Below are positions 40,840-52,677 of a DNA stretch of 64,000 nucleotides, one piece after another (the stretch's first letter is position 1; the number at the start of each line of letters is the position of its first letter). A program made the translations under genes and the position numbers. The notes below the pieces were generated by a model. The model had not been told where the DNA came from. It did not search any database and worked only from the letters and a program-made list of their open reading frames with translations. This DNA is from a candidate division WOR-3 bacterium (GTDB lineage Bacteria > Hydrothermota > Hydrothermia > UBA1063), in assembly GCA_039803545.1 (NCBI GenBank), contig JBDRYS010000002.1, positions 68,385 to 132,384 of the forward strand. Reading direction: 5' to 3'.

Positions 40840-41217
40840 CTAAAATTCAAGGCCAGCTTCCCTGGCAGCTTCCGCCAGTGCTTTCACTCTACCATGATAT
40901 TTATAGCCAGCTCTATCGAAAACCACTTTCTTGAAACCCTTCTCGAGAGCTCTCTTTGCAATCAATTTTCCAACGAGCTTAGCCTTTTCGATTTTCCCTT
41001 TTAATCCCTTTACCTCTTCGCGGATTTCAGGGGAAAGAGTAGAAGCGCCACAAATCACTTTGCAAGGGCCAATGGGTGGGTCAATAACCAATTGAGCGTA
41101 TATGTGCTTTGCTGATCTGAAAACTACAAGTCTTGGTCGTTCTTCCGTTCCTTTAACCTTTTTTCTGACCCTTAAATGGCGTCTTTTTCTCCTCAAAACC
41201 TTAGTTTCCCTATCCAT
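40840..41217 (-). CDS. rplR: 50S ribosomal protein L18
   Basis: Family match. Confidence 0.9.
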   Translation of the reverse strand: MDRETKVLRRKRRHLRVRKKVKGTEERPRLVVFRSAKHIYAQLVIDPPIGPCKVICGASTLSPEIREEVKGLKGKIEKAKLVGKLIAKRALEKGFKKVVFDRAGYKYHGRVKALAEAAREAGLEF

Positions 41218-41768
41218 TACTTACCTCCAGCTTTAACACCAGCCTTACCAGCCTTTCTTCTCACTATTTCACCACGATACCTTATTCCTTTTCCTTTGTA
41301 AGGTTCAGGCGGTCTCACCCTTCTTATTGTAGCTGCAATGTCTCCAACGAGATATTTGTCAATTCCTTTTACTCTAATAATGTTTTGTCCTTCTACTTCA
41401 AATTGAATTCCAGGAGGTGGTGTAAATTCAACAGGATGTGAAAAACCAACGTTAATAACAAGCTTTGAACCCTCCATCTTTGCACGATAACCAGTGCCCA
41501 CGATTTCCAGTTCTTTTACAAATCCTTTAGTAACGCCTTCAATCATATTGTTGATAAGCTGCCTCGTTGTGCCATGCAATGCCTTATGGAATTTTTTGTC
41601 TGAAGGCCTTTCCACGAATATTTTATTCCCTTCGATCTTAACCATCATGTCAGGATGAATGTCCATTTCGAGCTTACCCTTGGGTCCTTTGACTTCAATA
41701 TGGTTGCCATTAAGCTTTACCTCAACACCTTTTGGAATTTCAATAGGTTTCTTTCCAATTCTCGACAT
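41217..41768 (-). CDS. rplF: 50S ribosomal protein L6
   Basis: [12 protein letters not shown]... Confidence 0.95.
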   Translation of the reverse strand: MSRIGKKPIEIPKGVEVKLNGNHIEVKGPKGKLEMDIHPDMMVKIEGNKIFVERPSDKKFHKALHGTTRQLINNMIEGVTKGFVKELEIVGTGYRAKMEGSKLVINVGFSHPVEFTPPPGIQFEVEGQNIIRVKGIDKYLVGDIAATIRRVRPPEPYKGKGIRYRGEIVRRKAGKAGVKAGGK

Positions 41769-41779
41769 ATTCCACCTCC

Positions 41780-42178
41780 TTACCAGACGTAGAGGAGATA
41801 CTCTCCCCCAATTTTCCTTTTCCTTGCTTCGCGGTCTGTCATAACGCCCTGAGAAGTAGAAATGATTGCAATTCCCATTCCATTTTTAATCCACGGTATC
41901 TCGTCTTTACCGATGTAAATCCGCCTTCCCGGTTTTGAAACCCTTTGCAAATCGTTGATCGCTGGTCTGCCACCCGTTAAATAATTCAGCGTTACCTCAA
42001 TTAAACCACCTTTTTCTGTAGAAACGACCCTGTAATCCTTGATAAATCCTTCTCTCTTTAAAATATCGAGTATAGCAAGCTTTAGTTTGGAAATTACTGC
42101 AATCGTGGTCTTCTCATGCCTGGCTCTGACGGCATTTCTAATCCTTGTGATCATATCAGCAATGGGATCTGTAAGCAT
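41780..42178 (-). CDS. rpsH: 30S ribosomal protein S8
   Basis: [16 protein letters not shown]. Confidence 0.95.
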   Translation of the reverse strand: MLTDPIADMITRIRNAVRARHEKTTIAVISKLKLAILDILKREGFIKDYRVVSTEKGGLIEVTLNYLTGGRPAINDLQRVSKPGRRIYIGKDEIPWIKNGMGIAIISTSQGVMTDREARKRKIGGEYLLYVW

Positions 42179-42190
42179 ATTTATACCTCC

Positions 42191-42379
42191 TTACCAGCTT
42201 GCCTTTTTGACGCCAGGCAACTCGCCTCTTAATGCCAGCTCTCTGAAGCAAATCCTACAAATTCCAAACTTCCTGATGTATCCGCGAGGCCTGCCACAGA
42301 TCTGGCATCTATTTCTTTTCCTCACTTTAAACTTTGGTTCAACCGTGAAAGCTCTTGTAAACTTCGCTTTTGTAGCCAT
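42191..42379 (-). CDS. rpsZ: 30S ribosomal protein S14 type Z (zinc-binding)
   Basis: 62 aa with CQICGRPRG...CRIC. Confidence 0.9.
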   Translation of the reverse strand: MATKAKFTRAFTVEPKFKVRKRNRCQICGRPRGYIRKFGICRICFRELALRGELPGVKKASW

Positions 42380-42385
42380 AGATCA

Positions 42386-42931
42386 TTACCCCCTTTCAAA
42401 AGGAAACCCAAAGGCTTCCAAAAGTTTCATTGCTTCCTCATCAGTCTTTGCTGTTGTTACAATTGCAATATCCATTCCAAAAACCTTTTTCACTTTATCT
42501 ATGTCAATTTCAGGGAAGACCGTCTGCTCATCGAGACCAAAGTTGTAATTACCCTTCCCATCAAAGGATTCTCTGCTAAGTCCTCTGAAATCCCTCACTC
42601 TCGGTAGTGCAAAATTAATCAGCCTATCAAGAAAGTCATAAGCCCTTTGTTTCCTGAGAGTAACTCTAAGGCCAATAGGCATGCCCTTTCTGAGATGATA
42701 GGCAGCTACCGATTTTCTTGCACGTCTCACCTGAGGCTTCTGTCCTGTTATGCGAGCCAGATCTTCAGAAACGACCTCAATAAGCTTAGGATCCTGAACC
42801 GCCTCACCGAGTCCCACGTTTATGACAATCTTTTCAATCCGTGGAACCCGCATAATGTTTTTGAATCCAAGCTCTTTCATTAAAAGAGGTCTGATCTTTT
42901 CTCTATATTCTTTAAGTAATCTGGACATCAA
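42386..42931 (-). CDS. rplE: 50S ribosomal protein L5
   Basis: Family match. Confidence 0.95.
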   Translation of the reverse strand: MMSRLLKEYREKIRPLLMKELGFKNIMRVPRIEKIVINVGLGEAVQDPKLIEVVSEDLARITGQKPQVRRARKSVAAYHLRKGMPIGLRVTLRKQRAYDFLDRLINFALPRVRDFRGLSRESFDGKGNYNFGLDEQTVFPEIDIDKVKKVFGMDIAIVTTAKTDEEAMKLLEAFGFPFERG

Positions 42932-43245
42932 TCAATCTCCTTTCCACACTTTTTACAAACCCTGGATTTTTTGCCATCTTCCTTTATTACAAAGCCAACC
43001 CGTGTAGCTTGACCACACATGGGACATACCAGTTTTACATTGGATACGTGGATAGGGGCTTCCATTTGTATAATACCTGATGGCAATTCCGGTCCCCTTG
43101 CTCTCATGTGTTTTTTAACAATGTTAACACCCTCAACGACAACCCTCGATTTCTCCCGAATGACCTTTTTGACCTTTCCAATTTTGCCCTTGTCTTTACC
43201 GGCAATCACGAGAACCAAATCATCCCTTTTAATTTTAATACCCAT
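42928..43245 (-). CDS. rplX: 50S ribosomal protein L24 (with C-terminal C4 zinc ribbon)
   Basis: KOW N-terminus; CPMC...CKKC tail. Confidence 0.9.
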   Translation of the reverse strand: MGIKIKRDDLVLVIAGKDKGKIGKVKKVIREKSRVVVEGVNIVKKHMRARGPELPSGIIQMEAPIHVSNVKLVCPMCGQATRVGFVIKEDGKKSRVCKKCGKEID

Positions 43246-43246
43246 T

Positions 43247-43615
43247 CTATACTACCTCCGAAGCAAGAGAGACAATCTTCATAAATTTCTTTTCTCTCAA
43301 TTCCCTCGCAACGGGTCCGAATACTCTGGTACCGCGGGGTTCATTGAAGTTATCAATCAATACAGCAGCATTATCGTCAAACTTGACATAAGTACCATCA
43401 GGACGTCTTAATTCTTTTTTTGTTCTTACGATGACCGCCCTCGCCTTGTCACCCTTCTTAACGGGAGCACCTGGAATAGCATCCTTAATTGTAACAACCA
43501 CGATATCTCCGACATAAGCGTACTTTCTTCTACTTCCGCCGAGAACCTTAATGATTAATGCCTCTTGAGCACCTGTATTGTCAACTATTTTAACTCTGGA
43601 AATATCTTGAATCAT
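43247..43615 (-). CDS. rplN: 50S ribosomal protein L14
   Basis: [16 protein letters not shown]. Confidence 0.95.
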   Translation of the reverse strand: MIQDISRVKIVDNTGAQEALIIKVLGGSRRKYAYVGDIVVVTIKDAIPGAPVKKGDKARAVIVRTKKELRRPDGTYVKFDDNAAVLIDNFNEPRGTRVFGPVARELREKKFMKIVSLASEVV

Positions 43616-43875
43616 TCTCCCTCCCTCCTTTGAGCTCTTCGAATAATTTCAACCAATCTCCATCTTTTGAGTTTAGAAAGTGGCCTTGTTTCCTCTATCC
43701 TTACCAGATCGCCCACTCTTGATTCATTGTTTTCGTCATGGACGTAGAATTTCTTTTTTCTCCTCACGTATTTACCATAGAGGGGATGCTTCTTAAGGAA
43801 TTCGAATACAACAACTCTCGTCTTGTTCATTTTGTCACTAACAACGACACCGATTCTCTGTTTTCTAATTCCCAT
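43612..43875 (-). CDS. rpsQ: 30S ribosomal protein S17
   Basis: Family match. Confidence 0.9.
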   Translation of the reverse strand: MGIRKQRIGVVVSDKMNKTRVVVFEFLKKHPLYGKYVRRKKKFYVHDENNESRVGDLVRIEETRPLSKLKRWRLVEIIRRAQRREGE

Positions 43876-44068
43876 TGTTACCCCCTCTTTTCTCGTTCAT
43901 CACCGTCAGAACCCTTGCTATCTCCCGTTTTACCTGTTTGAACCTGTGAGGTTGGTTTAGCCTGTGAAGAGCTTTGTCCATTCTTAGAGTAAAAAGCTCT
44001 TCCTTCAACTCCTTTAACTTTTTGTTAAGTTCATCTAAAGAAAGTTCCCTCAATTCTTTCGCTTTCAT
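43865..44068 (-). CDS. rpmC: 50S ribosomal protein L29
   Basis: Family match. Confidence 0.9.
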   Translation of the reverse strand: MKAKELRELSLDELNKKLKELKEELFTLRMDKALHRLNQPHRFKQVKREIARVLTVMNEKRGGNNGN

Positions 44069-44484
44069 ACTCCACCTTCCTTAATTGATACAAAACGTGT
44101 CTTTATAGGTAATTTGTGAGATGCAATTCTGAAAGCCTCTCTCGCATCTTCTTCTGAAACGCCACTGAGCTCAAAGAGAATTCTACCGGGCTTTACAACT
44201 GCAACCCAGAACTCAACGTTACCTTTTCCCTTACCCATTCTTGTTTCGGCGGGTTTCTTTGTAACAGGTTTATCAGGGAAAATCCTTACCCAAAGCTTTC
44301 CGCCCTTTTTTAAGTACCTCGAAATAGCCATTCTTGCCGCTTCAATCTGATTCGCTGTGAGCCAGTGGGCTTCAAGGGCTTTGAGCCCGTATTCACCAAA
44401 AGCCAAATAATTCCCTGCAAGGGCAATGCCCTTTAATCTTCCCCTTTGCTGTTTTCTATATTTGGTCCTGGATGGCATCAACAT
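44065..44484 (-). CDS. rplP: 50S ribosomal protein L16
   Basis: [16 protein letters not shown]. Confidence 0.95.
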   Translation of the reverse strand: MLMPSRTKYRKQQRGRLKGIALAGNYLAFGEYGLKALEAHWLTANQIEAARMAISRYLKKGGKLWVRIFPDKPVTKKPAETRMGKGKGNVEFWVAVVKPGRILFELSGVSEEDAREAFRIASHKLPIKTRFVSIKEGGV

Positions 44485-44487
44485 AGC

Positions 44488-45138
44488 TCATTCCTCCGTT
44501 GGCTTCTTCAGGATATCGCCTTTGTATATCCACACTTTCACGCCGATTGTTCCGTATTTTGTAAAGGCTGTTTCCTGTGCGTAATCGATATCAGCTCTCA
44601 ACGTCTGAAGAGGCACTCTACCCTTCAAATACCATTCCTTTCTTGCAATTTCAGCACCAGCCAATCTGCCCTTAGAATATACTTTGATTCCCTGGGCACC
44701 TGCTTTCATAGCCTGTTCAACAGCTCTTTTCATAGCACGCCGGTGGGAGACCCTCTGTTCAATTCTGAAAGCTATCTGCTGAGCGACGAGCGAGGCGTCG
44801 ATTTCAGGTGTCTTGACCTCTTTCACATCGATGTGAAGATCTTTGTAAGGGGCAATTGCAGCAATTTCTTTCTTGAAAGACTCAATCTCCTTTCCTCCTC
44901 TTCCGATTATCATTCCAGGCTTTGCAGTATAGATGGAGATGGATATTTTATCTGGGAGAACTCTCTCGATTTCGACTCTGGAGATACCCGCTTCCTTAAA
45001 TCGTGCTCTTATATATTTCCTAATTTCATAATCTTCTTTGACGAACTTCCGGTAATGGGTATCGTCTGCATACCAGCGAGATAACCAACCCTTGTTAACG
45101 CCTATTCTAAAACCATAAGGATGAACTTTCTGACCCAT
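44488..45138 (-). CDS. rpsC: 30S ribosomal protein S3
   Basis: [13 protein letters not shown]. Confidence 0.95.
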   Translation of the reverse strand: MGQKVHPYGFRIGVNKGWLSRWYADDTHYRKFVKEDYEIRKYIRARFKEAGISRVEIERVLPDKISISIYTAKPGMIIGRGGKEIESFKKEIAAIAPYKDLHIDVKEVKTPEIDASLVAQQIAFRIEQRVSHRRAMKRAVEQAMKAGAQGIKVYSKGRLAGAEIARKEWYLKGRVPLQTLRADIDYAQETAFTKYGTIGVKVWIYKGDILKKPTEE

Positions 45139-45485
45139 TACTCAACCTCCCTTGGAGCTACTTCAATTGTCAAATGTGAAGTTCTCTTTAAAATTAGAGT
45201 AGCCATTCCCCTAAACATTGGTCTTACTCTCTTCCAAATAGGACCCCTATCAACCTTTGCGACCTTTATGAAGAGCTTATCCTCAGGTAAATCCCCGCCT
45301 TTATCTCTGTAGGAAGCTACTGCAGCCTTAATAGCCTTCATTGCGAATCTTGCCGATTTCTTATTCAGAACCTTTAACATTCTCAGGGCTTCAGCTACAC
45401 TTTTACCCCTAATTTCATCAAGAAGAGGGGCAACCTTCTTGGGTGAAATCCTTCTATATTTCAAAACACACTTCCCTTCCATCAT
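45138..45485 (-). CDS. rplV: 50S ribosomal protein L22
   Basis: Family match. Confidence 0.9.
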   Translation of the reverse strand: MMEGKCVLKYRRISPKKVAPLLDEIRGKSVAEALRMLKVLNKKSARFAMKAIKAAVASYRDKGGDLPEDKLFIKVAKVDRGPIWKRVRPMFRGMATLILKRTSHLTIEVAPREVE

Positions 45486-45769
45486 TTTAACCTCGCCTTT
45501 TCAGCTGCCTTTTTATCCTTATGACCCCTAAAGGTTCTTGTTGGGGAAAATTCGCCAAGTCTGTGCCCAACCATTTCTGCTGTAATATAGACAGGTATAA
45601 ACTTTCTTCCATTGTGGACCGCTATGGTGTGCCCAACAAATTCTGGTATTATCATAGACGCTCTGGAATAGGTTTTGATAACTTTCTTTTCACCCTTTTC
45701 GTTCATTTCCATAATTCTTTTGTACAGTTTAGCATCAACAAAAGGACCTTTTTTCTTTGATCTGGCCAT
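45482..45769 (-). CDS. rpsS: 30S ribosomal protein S19
   Basis: [29 protein letters not shown]. Confidence 0.95.
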   Translation of the reverse strand: MARSKKKGPFVDAKLYKRIMEMNEKGEKKVIKTYSRASMIIPEFVGHTIAVHNGRKFIPVYITAEMVGHRLGEFSPTRTFRGHKDKKAAEKARLK

Positions 45770-46590
45770 TACTTGCGCCTCCTTACTATGAACCTGTCAC
45801 TTGGTTTTCTCTTCTTTCTGGTCTTTTTACCATCAACAACACCCGTAGGACTACAAGGATGCCTTCCGGATTTGGACCTACCTTCGCCACCACCAAGAGG
45901 ATGATCCACAGGGTTCATAACCATACCACGAACATGCGGCCTCCTACCAAGCCACCTCGACCTACCTGCCTTTCCAATAATGACGTTCTCATGATCCAGA
46001 TTAGAAACTTGACCGATTGTAGCATAACACTTGACGTTTATCAATCTAACTTCACCAGATGGAAGCTGTACATGGGCATATTTGCCTTCTTTGGACAATA
46101 TCACAGCACTCGCACCAGCTGCCCTCACCAGTTGTCCACCCTTTCCTGGAACCAATTCGATATTGTGAATGGGAATCCCTTCAGGTATCCTCTCAAGAGG
46201 GAGAGCATTACCAACTTTAATTTCTGCATCCGGACCTGACATGACCATATCCCCCACCTTGAGTCCTTCAGGAGCTATAATGTACCTCTTTTCCCCATCC
46301 ATATATTGGAGCAATGCAATCCTCGCAGTTCTGTTAGGATCATACTCGATCGAAACAACCTTTGCTGGTACGCCAACTTTCTCTCTCTTGAAATCGATTA
46401 TTCTATAATGCCTTCTATGGCCACCACCACGGAATCTGACGGTGATCCTACCGGTATTATTTCTACCACCCGACTTTTTAAGGGGCTCCAGTAATGATTT
46501 TTCGGGCTCTTCCTTAGTAATTTCTGAAAAATCTGATACCGTCATAAAACGCCGTGACGGCGTAACAGGTCTAAATTTTTTGACTCCCAT
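45769..46590 (-). CDS. rplB: 50S ribosomal protein L2
   Basis: Family match. Confidence 0.95.
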   Translation of the reverse strand: MGVKKFRPVTPSRRFMTVSDFSEITKEEPEKSLLEPLKKSGGRNNTGRITVRFRGGGHRRHYRIIDFKREKVGVPAKVVSIEYDPNRTARIALLQYMDGEKRYIIAPEGLKVGDMVMSGPDAEIKVGNALPLERIPEGIPIHNIELVPGKGGQLVRAAGASAVILSKEGKYAHVQLPSGEVRLINVKCYATIGQVSNLDHENVIIGKAGRSRWLGRRPHVRGMVMNPVDHPLGGGEGRSKSGRHPCSPTGVVDGKKTRKKRKPSDRFIVRRRK

Positions 46591-46592
46591 GA

Positions 46593-46880
46593 CTACACTC
46601 CTTCAAAGAATGGGATGGATTCACCTTTCCTAAGGGTTACAATCGCTTTCTTCCATGTCTTGGTGTAACCTGGGGCAAGTCTAACCCTTCGTGGTTTTGG
46701 CTTTACATTAATCACCCTTACCTTCTCCACATGCACCTTGAAAAGGTCTTCAATAGCCTTCTTTATCTCAATTTTATTAGAATCCGGAGCAACTTCGAAG
46801 ACAAACTGACCATATTCCCTCAAAAGCGCCGTCTTTTCTGTTATAATTGGCCTTATTACAATGTCTCTTGGGTCTTTCAT
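46593..46880 (-). CDS. rplW: 50S ribosomal protein L23
   Basis: Family match. Confidence 0.9.
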   Translation of the reverse strand: MKDPRDIVIRPIITEKTALLREYGQFVFEVAPDSNKIEIKKAIEDLFKVHVEKVRVINVKPKPRRVRLAPGYTKTWKKAIVTLRKGESIPFFEGV

Positions 46881-47503
46881 ATCGCCAACCTCTTTTCTAA
46901 TTTTTCTAACCCATCCTTCTCTATCACTACATATTTGTGATTGAGCACTTCCAAGGAATTGACGTCCTTCACCTCTATAACATCGCAGTAAGGGATATTC
47001 CTGCCAGACAGGTAAAGATTTCTATTGTAATCAGCGGAGAGAACTAAGGTTTTATCTTTATTCAGTCCCATCTTATCTAACAGCTCAGCCATTCTCTTCG
47101 TCTTAGGAACTTGAAATTCAAACTTTTCGATTACCAGTATACGCCCATTCTGCGCCTTATCAGCAAGAGAATGTAACAAAGAGAGTCTCTTTAGCTTAGT
47201 GGGAATCTCTGTGTAGTAATCCCTTGGCCTTGGACCGTGGGCCTTGCCACCGCCAACAAAAACTGGAGCCTTAACATCACCGTGTCTTGCTCTTCCAAGC
47301 CCTTTCTGTGGGTAAATCTTCCTACCCGATGCGTTAACCTCTGCACGTGTCTTTGCTTTATGAGTTCCCTGCCTTTTGTTCGCAAGATATAGCCTTGTGA
47401 TTTCCCATAGTAGATGGAGATTGGGCTTAACACCAAATAATTCTTCCTTTAATTCAATTTCCCCTATTTGCTCACCATTTGGGTTGTATAAAGGTGCCTT
47501 CAT
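46877..47503 (-). CDS. rplD: 50S ribosomal protein L4
   Basis: Family match. Confidence 0.9.
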   Translation of the reverse strand: MKAPLYNPNGEQIGEIELKEELFGVKPNLHLLWEITRLYLANKRQGTHKAKTRAEVNASGRKIYPQKGLGRARHGDVKAPVFVGGGKAHGPRPRDYYTEIPTKLKRLSLLHSLADKAQNGRILVIEKFEFQVPKTKRMAELLDKMGLNKDKTLVLSADYNRNLYLSGRNIPYCDVIEVKDVNSLEVLNHKYVVIEKDGLEKLEKRLAI

Positions 47504-48147
47504 TGCTCTTTCTCCTTAGCTTTCCTGAGAAATATTATTCCACCCCTTGGTCCAGGGACAGCGCCTTTCACGAGCACCACATTCTTGTCAGGAATTATCT
47601 TGACTATTTCCAGATTTTTAACGGTGATTCTTTTCAACCCGTCGTGACCAGGTAATTTCTTTCCCTTATATACCCTCGCAGGCTCAGTATGCTGACCGAT
47701 AGAACCGGGCCTATTGTGGAATTTAGAGCCGTGAGATTTAGGGCCACCAGAAAATCCCCATCTTTTGATGACGCCCTGAAATCCCTTGCCTTTCGAAATT
47801 CCTGTGACATCTATCCGCTCACCTTCATTAAAGAGGTCTACAATCTTTATCTCCTGTCCAACCTGAAACTTAGAAACGTCATCTACACGAAATTCCTTAA
47901 TCACCAGTGCAGGATACTTTTCTCTTTCGCCGAGAGCCTTACGCAATTCGCCGAGTTGAGGCTTATTAAGCTTTTTTGCCTCAACCTCACCATAACCCAC
48001 TTTTATTGCGGTATAACCATCCCTTTCCACAGTCTTCCCCTGTATAACTGTACAGGGGCCGGCTTCAATGACCGTAACAGGGATCATCGAGCCGTCTTTG
48101 GTAGGGATCTGGGTCATACCCAGTTTTCTACCAATTAACCCTGCCAT
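47500..48147 (-). CDS. rplC: 50S ribosomal protein L3
   Basis: MAGLIGRKLGMTQI. Confidence 0.95.
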   Translation of the reverse strand: MAGLIGRKLGMTQIPTKDGSMIPVTVIEAGPCTVIQGKTVERDGYTAIKVGYGEVEAKKLNKPQLGELRKALGEREKYPALVIKEFRVDDVSKFQVGQEIKIVDLFNEGERIDVTGISKGKGFQGVIKRWGFSGGPKSHGSKFHNRPGSIGQHTEPARVYKGKKLPGHDGLKRITVKNLEIVKIIPDKNVVLVKGAVPGPRGGIIFLRKAKEKEQ

Positions 48148-48155
48148 AGTTCACC

Positions 48156-48470
48156 TCAGATCATTTTTATTTCAACATCTACTCCAGGTGGTAAATCCAG
48201 CCTGGAAAGTTTATCTATCGTTTCCGCTGTGGGTTTCCTAATCTCTATTAGCCTTTTGTGAACTTTAAGCTCAAACTGCTCCTGGGACCTTTTGTCTATA
48301 TGGGGAGACCTTATAACTGAAAATAGCGTCCTTTTGGTAGGAAGAGGTATCGGCCCTGAAACTTCAGCACCACTCGACCTTGCAGTATGGGCAATATTTT
48401 GTGCCGAGCGGTCCAGGAGCGCTGGGTCAAAGGACTTTAGTTTTATTCTTATTTTGGCTTCAAGTACCAT
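48156..48470 (-). CDS. rpsJ: 30S ribosomal protein S10
   Basis: Family match. Confidence 0.9.
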   Translation of the reverse strand: MVLEAKIRIKLKSFDPALLDRSAQNIAHTARSSGAEVSGPIPLPTKRTLFSVIRSPHIDKRSQEQFELKVHKRLIEIRKPTAETIDKLSRLDLPPGVDVEIKMI

Positions 48471-48475
48471 GATTT

Positions 48476-49678
48476 TTACTCGACAATATCGGTTACGACA
48501 CCCGCACCAACCGTCCTGCCACCTTCACGAATTGCAAATCTGAGCTCTTTCTCAATCGCTACAGGATACATGAGTTCAACGAGAAGGTTGACATGGTCGC
48601 CAGGCATCACCATTTCTCTACCTTCTGGAAGAGTAATTGTTCCGGTAACATCAGTGGTCCTGAAATAGAATTGAGGTCTGTAACCAGTCATAAATGGGGT
48701 GTGGCGTCCTCCCTCTTCCTTTGTTAACACGTAAACCTGAGCTCTAAATTTCTTGTGGGGCTTAATCGAACCCGGCTTCGCGACCACCATTCCTCTTTCT
48801 ACATCTTCTTTCTTAACACCTCTCAAGAGCAATCCTACATTATCGCCGGGGAGTGCTTCATCCAGTTCCTTTCTAAACATTTCAATAGAAGTAACAACGG
48901 TTCTGAGCGGTTCATCTCTAAATCCTACAACTTCGACTTCCTCACCAGGGACCAATCTTCCACGCTCCACTCTTCCCGTAACAACCGTTCCACGGCCAGT
49001 AATGGAGAATACGTCCTCAATTGCCATGAGGAATGGCTTGTCTACTGCACGCTGAGGCTCTGGAATATAATTATCCAATGCGTCAAGAAGTTCCTGAATT
49101 GGCTTGTACCATGGGCAATTGGGGTCGTCCCCACATTCCTCAATAACCTTGAGGGCCGAACCCTTAATAATGGGAACCTCATCACCAGGGAACTCATACT
49201 TGTTAAGAAGGTCTCTCACCTCCAGTTCAACAAGTTCCTGAAGCTCTGGGTCATCAAGCATATCTATTTTGTTCATGAATACAACTATGTAAGGAACGTT
49301 TACCTGCCTTGCAAGGAGTACATGTTCCCTTGTCTGTGGCTGGACGCCATCAGCCGCAGAAACAACAAGGATTGCACCATCCATCTGCGCAGCACCGGTG
49401 ATCATGTTCTTAATGTAGTCTGCGTGGCCAGGGCAATCAATATGAGCGTAGTGGCGTTTCTCTGTTTCATACTCAACGTGAGCAAGCTGGATTGTAATTC
49501 CACGAGCCTTCTCTTCCGGTGCTTTGTCTATTTGATCGTAGGGTACATAGTTAGCAAATCCCTTCAAGGACAGGTATTTTGTGATTGCAGCGGTTAAAGT
49601 GGTCTTTCCATGGTCAATGTGACCAATGGTACCCACATTTATGTGTGGCTTTGTTCTTACAAACTTTTCCTTAGCCAT
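48476..49678 (-). CDS. tuf: Elongation factor Tu
   Basis: [18 protein letters not shown], NKxD. Near-identical to Thermotoga EF-Tu. Confidence 0.97.
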   Translation of the reverse strand: MAKEKFVRTKPHINVGTIGHIDHGKTTLTAAITKYLSLKGFANYVPYDQIDKAPEEKARGITIQLAHVEYETEKRHYAHIDCPGHADYIKNMITGAAQMDGAILVVSAADGVQPQTREHVLLARQVNVPYIVVFMNKIDMLDDPELQELVELEVRDLLNKYEFPGDEVPIIKGSALKVIEECGDDPNCPWYKPIQELLDALDNYIPEPQRAVDKPFLMAIEDVFSITGRGTVVTGRVERGRLVPGEEVEVVGFRDEPLRTVVTSIEMFRKELDEALPGDNVGLLLRGVKKEDVERGMVVAKPGSIKPHKKFRAQVYVLTKEEGGRHTPFMTGYRPQFYFRTTDVTGTITLPEGREMVMPGDHVNLLVELMYPVAIEKELRFAIREGGRTVGAGVVTDIVE

Positions 49679-49693
49679 TTCTACATACCTCCA

Positions 49694-51739
49694 TCATATT
49701 GTTAATGTTTTTTCCTTTTTTACAGGTGCATAATGATCCAGTTTCATCCAGAAGCTTGCCCTTCCCTGGGTTAGTGACCTCAAATCTGTCACATAACCAA
49801 GGAGTTTTTTTAAAGGCACATAAGCCTTTAGCTTCTGAATGTTATCACTTATATTCTCAATTTTATCCAGTTCTCCACCCCTCTGACCGAGGTCACTTAC
49901 AACATTTCCAATGTACTCAGAGGGGCACACAACCTCGAGTAGAACTATTGGCTCAAGCAAAATAGGTTTCCCCTCCTGCAGCGCCCTCTGTACTGCCTTC
50001 CTTAAAGCCAGTTCATTTCCCAGCTGTGTAAAAGTACTATCTTCCCCTACTGCAACCAGTTGCACTTCCACATCAGTAACTGGGTAGCCCAAAATCGGAC
50101 CGAAAGATATTGACTCGTAGGCTATATTTATGAAAAGTTCTCTAAGCTGAGGATTCATCTCGGGCAAAATGGTAACCTTGTTACCTTCACCTCTGTTACG
50201 AGGTATTAGTTTGACCTTCGCATATCCCTTTTCCTTAACCCCTCCAATCTCCCTTTCAAAGAGTTCCTCAACTTCTGCTTCAACCGTTATCGTTTCTCTA
50301 TACGTAACCTGCGGTTTTCCTGTCTTGATGGGTATTTTAAATTCTCTCACAATTCTATCAGTAATAATCTCAAGATGCAACTCACCCATACCACTAATAA
50401 GAAGTTGACCTGTCTCCCGGTCTTTTCCCACCTTAAAGCTCGGGTCTTCAATCTGTATTATATTGAGAACCTCCTTTAACTTATCTTCGTCCTTGGAGGA
50501 TTTAGGTTCAATGGCTATTGAAATGAGAGGATCAGGAAAGTGCATTCCCTCAAAGAAAATAGGTGCCTCAGGATCACAAAGAGTGTCACCAGTCTTAACA
50601 TCTTTTATTCCAACTATTCCAACTATTTCTCCCGCCTTCGCTTCTTTGATCGGCTCTTTCTTATCGGCATGTATAAGGTAAATTCTCATCGCCCTTTCTA
50701 TCTTCCCTGTAGAAGAATTCAGCACCTTCTGGTTCACATTTAAAATTCCCGAATAAACGCGGGTAAACAAAACATTTCCCGCGTGCGGATCATTTTGTAT
50801 CTTAAATACCACCGCTGAAAAAGGTGCATCATAAGTAGGCGAACGCTTTACATATTCCCCTGTTTTAGGGTCAACACCTACCACATCTCCTTTATCGAGT
50901 GGAGATGGAAGGTAATCAACGATTGCATCAAGGAGAGGCTGAATTCCTTTGTTTTTGAGGGCAGCCCCCATAAGGACGGGAACCGCTTTCATAGAAAGTG
51001 TCGCTTTCCTTATCGAAGATTTAAGGATATCGACCGTAATCTCTTTTTCTTCTACAGCGAGTTTTAAAATCTCTTCATCTATTTCAGACAGCTTATCCAG
51101 GAGATTATTCCTAACATCTTCGACCTCTTCTTCGCTTGCATCCTCAATGCGGTAATTCTCACCCGTCCCATCCACATCCCAGATATACTTTTTCTTAGCG
51201 ATAACATCTATGACACCAATAAAGTTTTCTTCGATACCGATGGGGATTTGGAGTGGTAATGCCAAAATGTTAAATTTCTCTTCAATTTCCTTCATGACCC
51301 TGAAGGGGTCGGCACCTACACGGTCGAGTTTGTTTATAAAAACGATCCGCGGTACCTTATACCTATCGGCTTGGTGCCACACCGTCTCGGATTGAGGTTG
51401 AACACCTGCAACCCCACAAAAGATTACAATCAAACCATCGAGGACTCTAAGTGAACGCTCAACTTCAATTGTAAAATCTACGTGGCCAGGAGTGTCGATA
51501 ATGTTGATCCTGTGACCTTTCCAGTAGCAGCTTACAGCAGCGCTGGTAATGGTGATACCTCTCTCCTTTTCCTGAATCAAATAATCAGTGGTTGCAGTTC
51601 CTTCATCCACGTCGCCAAGACGGTGGATTTTCTTAGTATAATATAAAATTCTTTCAGTAGTAGTAGTCTTACCCGCATCAATGTGAGCAGCGAATCCGAT
51701 GTTTCGCAGGTTAGTGATATTATCAAATGCAATATCCAT
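49694..51739 (-). CDS. fusA: Elongation factor G
   Basis: AHIDAGKTTTTE, DTPGHVDF. 681 aa. Confidence 0.95.
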   Translation of the reverse strand: MDIAFDNITNLRNIGFAAHIDAGKTTTTERILYYTKKIHRLGDVDEGTATTDYLIQEKERGITITSAAVSCYWKGHRINIIDTPGHVDFTIEVERSLRVLDGLIVIFCGVAGVQPQSETVWHQADRYKVPRIVFINKLDRVGADPFRVMKEIEEKFNILALPLQIPIGIEENFIGVIDVIAKKKYIWDVDGTGENYRIEDASEEEVEDVRNNLLDKLSEIDEEILKLAVEEKEITVDILKSSIRKATLSMKAVPVLMGAALKNKGIQPLLDAIVDYLPSPLDKGDVVGVDPKTGEYVKRSPTYDAPFSAVVFKIQNDPHAGNVLFTRVYSGILNVNQKVLNSSTGKIERAMRIYLIHADKKEPIKEAKAGEIVGIVGIKDVKTGDTLCDPEAPIFFEGMHFPDPLISIAIEPKSSKDEDKLKEVLNIIQIEDPSFKVGKDRETGQLLISGMGELHLEIITDRIVREFKIPIKTGKPQVTYRETITVEAEVEELFEREIGGVKEKGYAKVKLIPRNRGEGNKVTILPEMNPQLRELFINIAYESISFGPILGYPVTDVEVQLVAVGEDSTFTQLGNELALRKAVQRALQEGKPILLEPIVLLEVVCPSEYIGNVVSDLGQRGGELDKIENISDNIQKLKAYVPLKKLLGYVTDLRSLTQGRASFWMKLDHYAPVKKEKTLTI

Positions 51740-51750
51740 CTCTCAAACTC

Positions 51751-52233
<483 letters not shown>

Positions 52234-52608
52234 TTATTTTTTGGGCTTTTTAGTCCCGTAAAGGGACCTTGAATTTTTCCTACCCTCAACGCCCGCGGCA
52301 TCGTATTTTCCTCTAATTATGTGATACTTCACACCCGGAAGATCCTTAACCCTGCCACCCCTCACCAGCACCACAGAGTGTTCCTGGAGGTTATGCCCTT
52401 CACCCGGTATGTACGCTATCACCTCTTTCCCGTTAGATAAGCGAACCTTAGCAACCTTTCTCAAAGCAGAATTAGGCTTCTTAGGAGTAGTCGTATAAAC
52501 CCTTATACAAACTCCTCTCTTTTGAGGACAGCCATCCAGGGCAGGAGACTTTGATTTTCTTTTCTTTGGCGTCCTGCCCAACCTAACAAGTTGATTAATT
52601 GTCGGCAT
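52234..52608 (-). CDS. rpsL: 30S ribosomal protein S12
   Basis: MPTINQLVR...PNSALRKV. Confidence 0.95.
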   Translation of the reverse strand: MPTINQLVRLGRTPKKRKSKSPALDGCPQKRGVCIRVYTTTPKKPNSALRKVAKVRLSNGKEVIAYIPGEGHNLQEHSVVLVRGGRVKDLPGVKYHIIRGKYDAAGVEGRKNSRSLYGTKKPKK

Positions 52609-52637
52609 AATACTTCCCCCTTTAAATGCAGTGTTTA

Positions 52638-52666
52638 ATTTTACTGCAATATCAATAAACGTTCAA
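52638..52666 (-). promoter_or_regulatory. Candidate str-operon promoter TTGAAC-17-TAAAAT in the rpoC-rpsL spacer
   Basis: Minus strand: TTGAAC (plus 52666..52661), 17 nt, TAAAAT (plus 52643..52638). Inverted repeat TGCAGT-N10-ACTGCA overlaps the -10. Confidence 0.3.
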
Positions 52667-52677
52667 GTTTAAATTTA

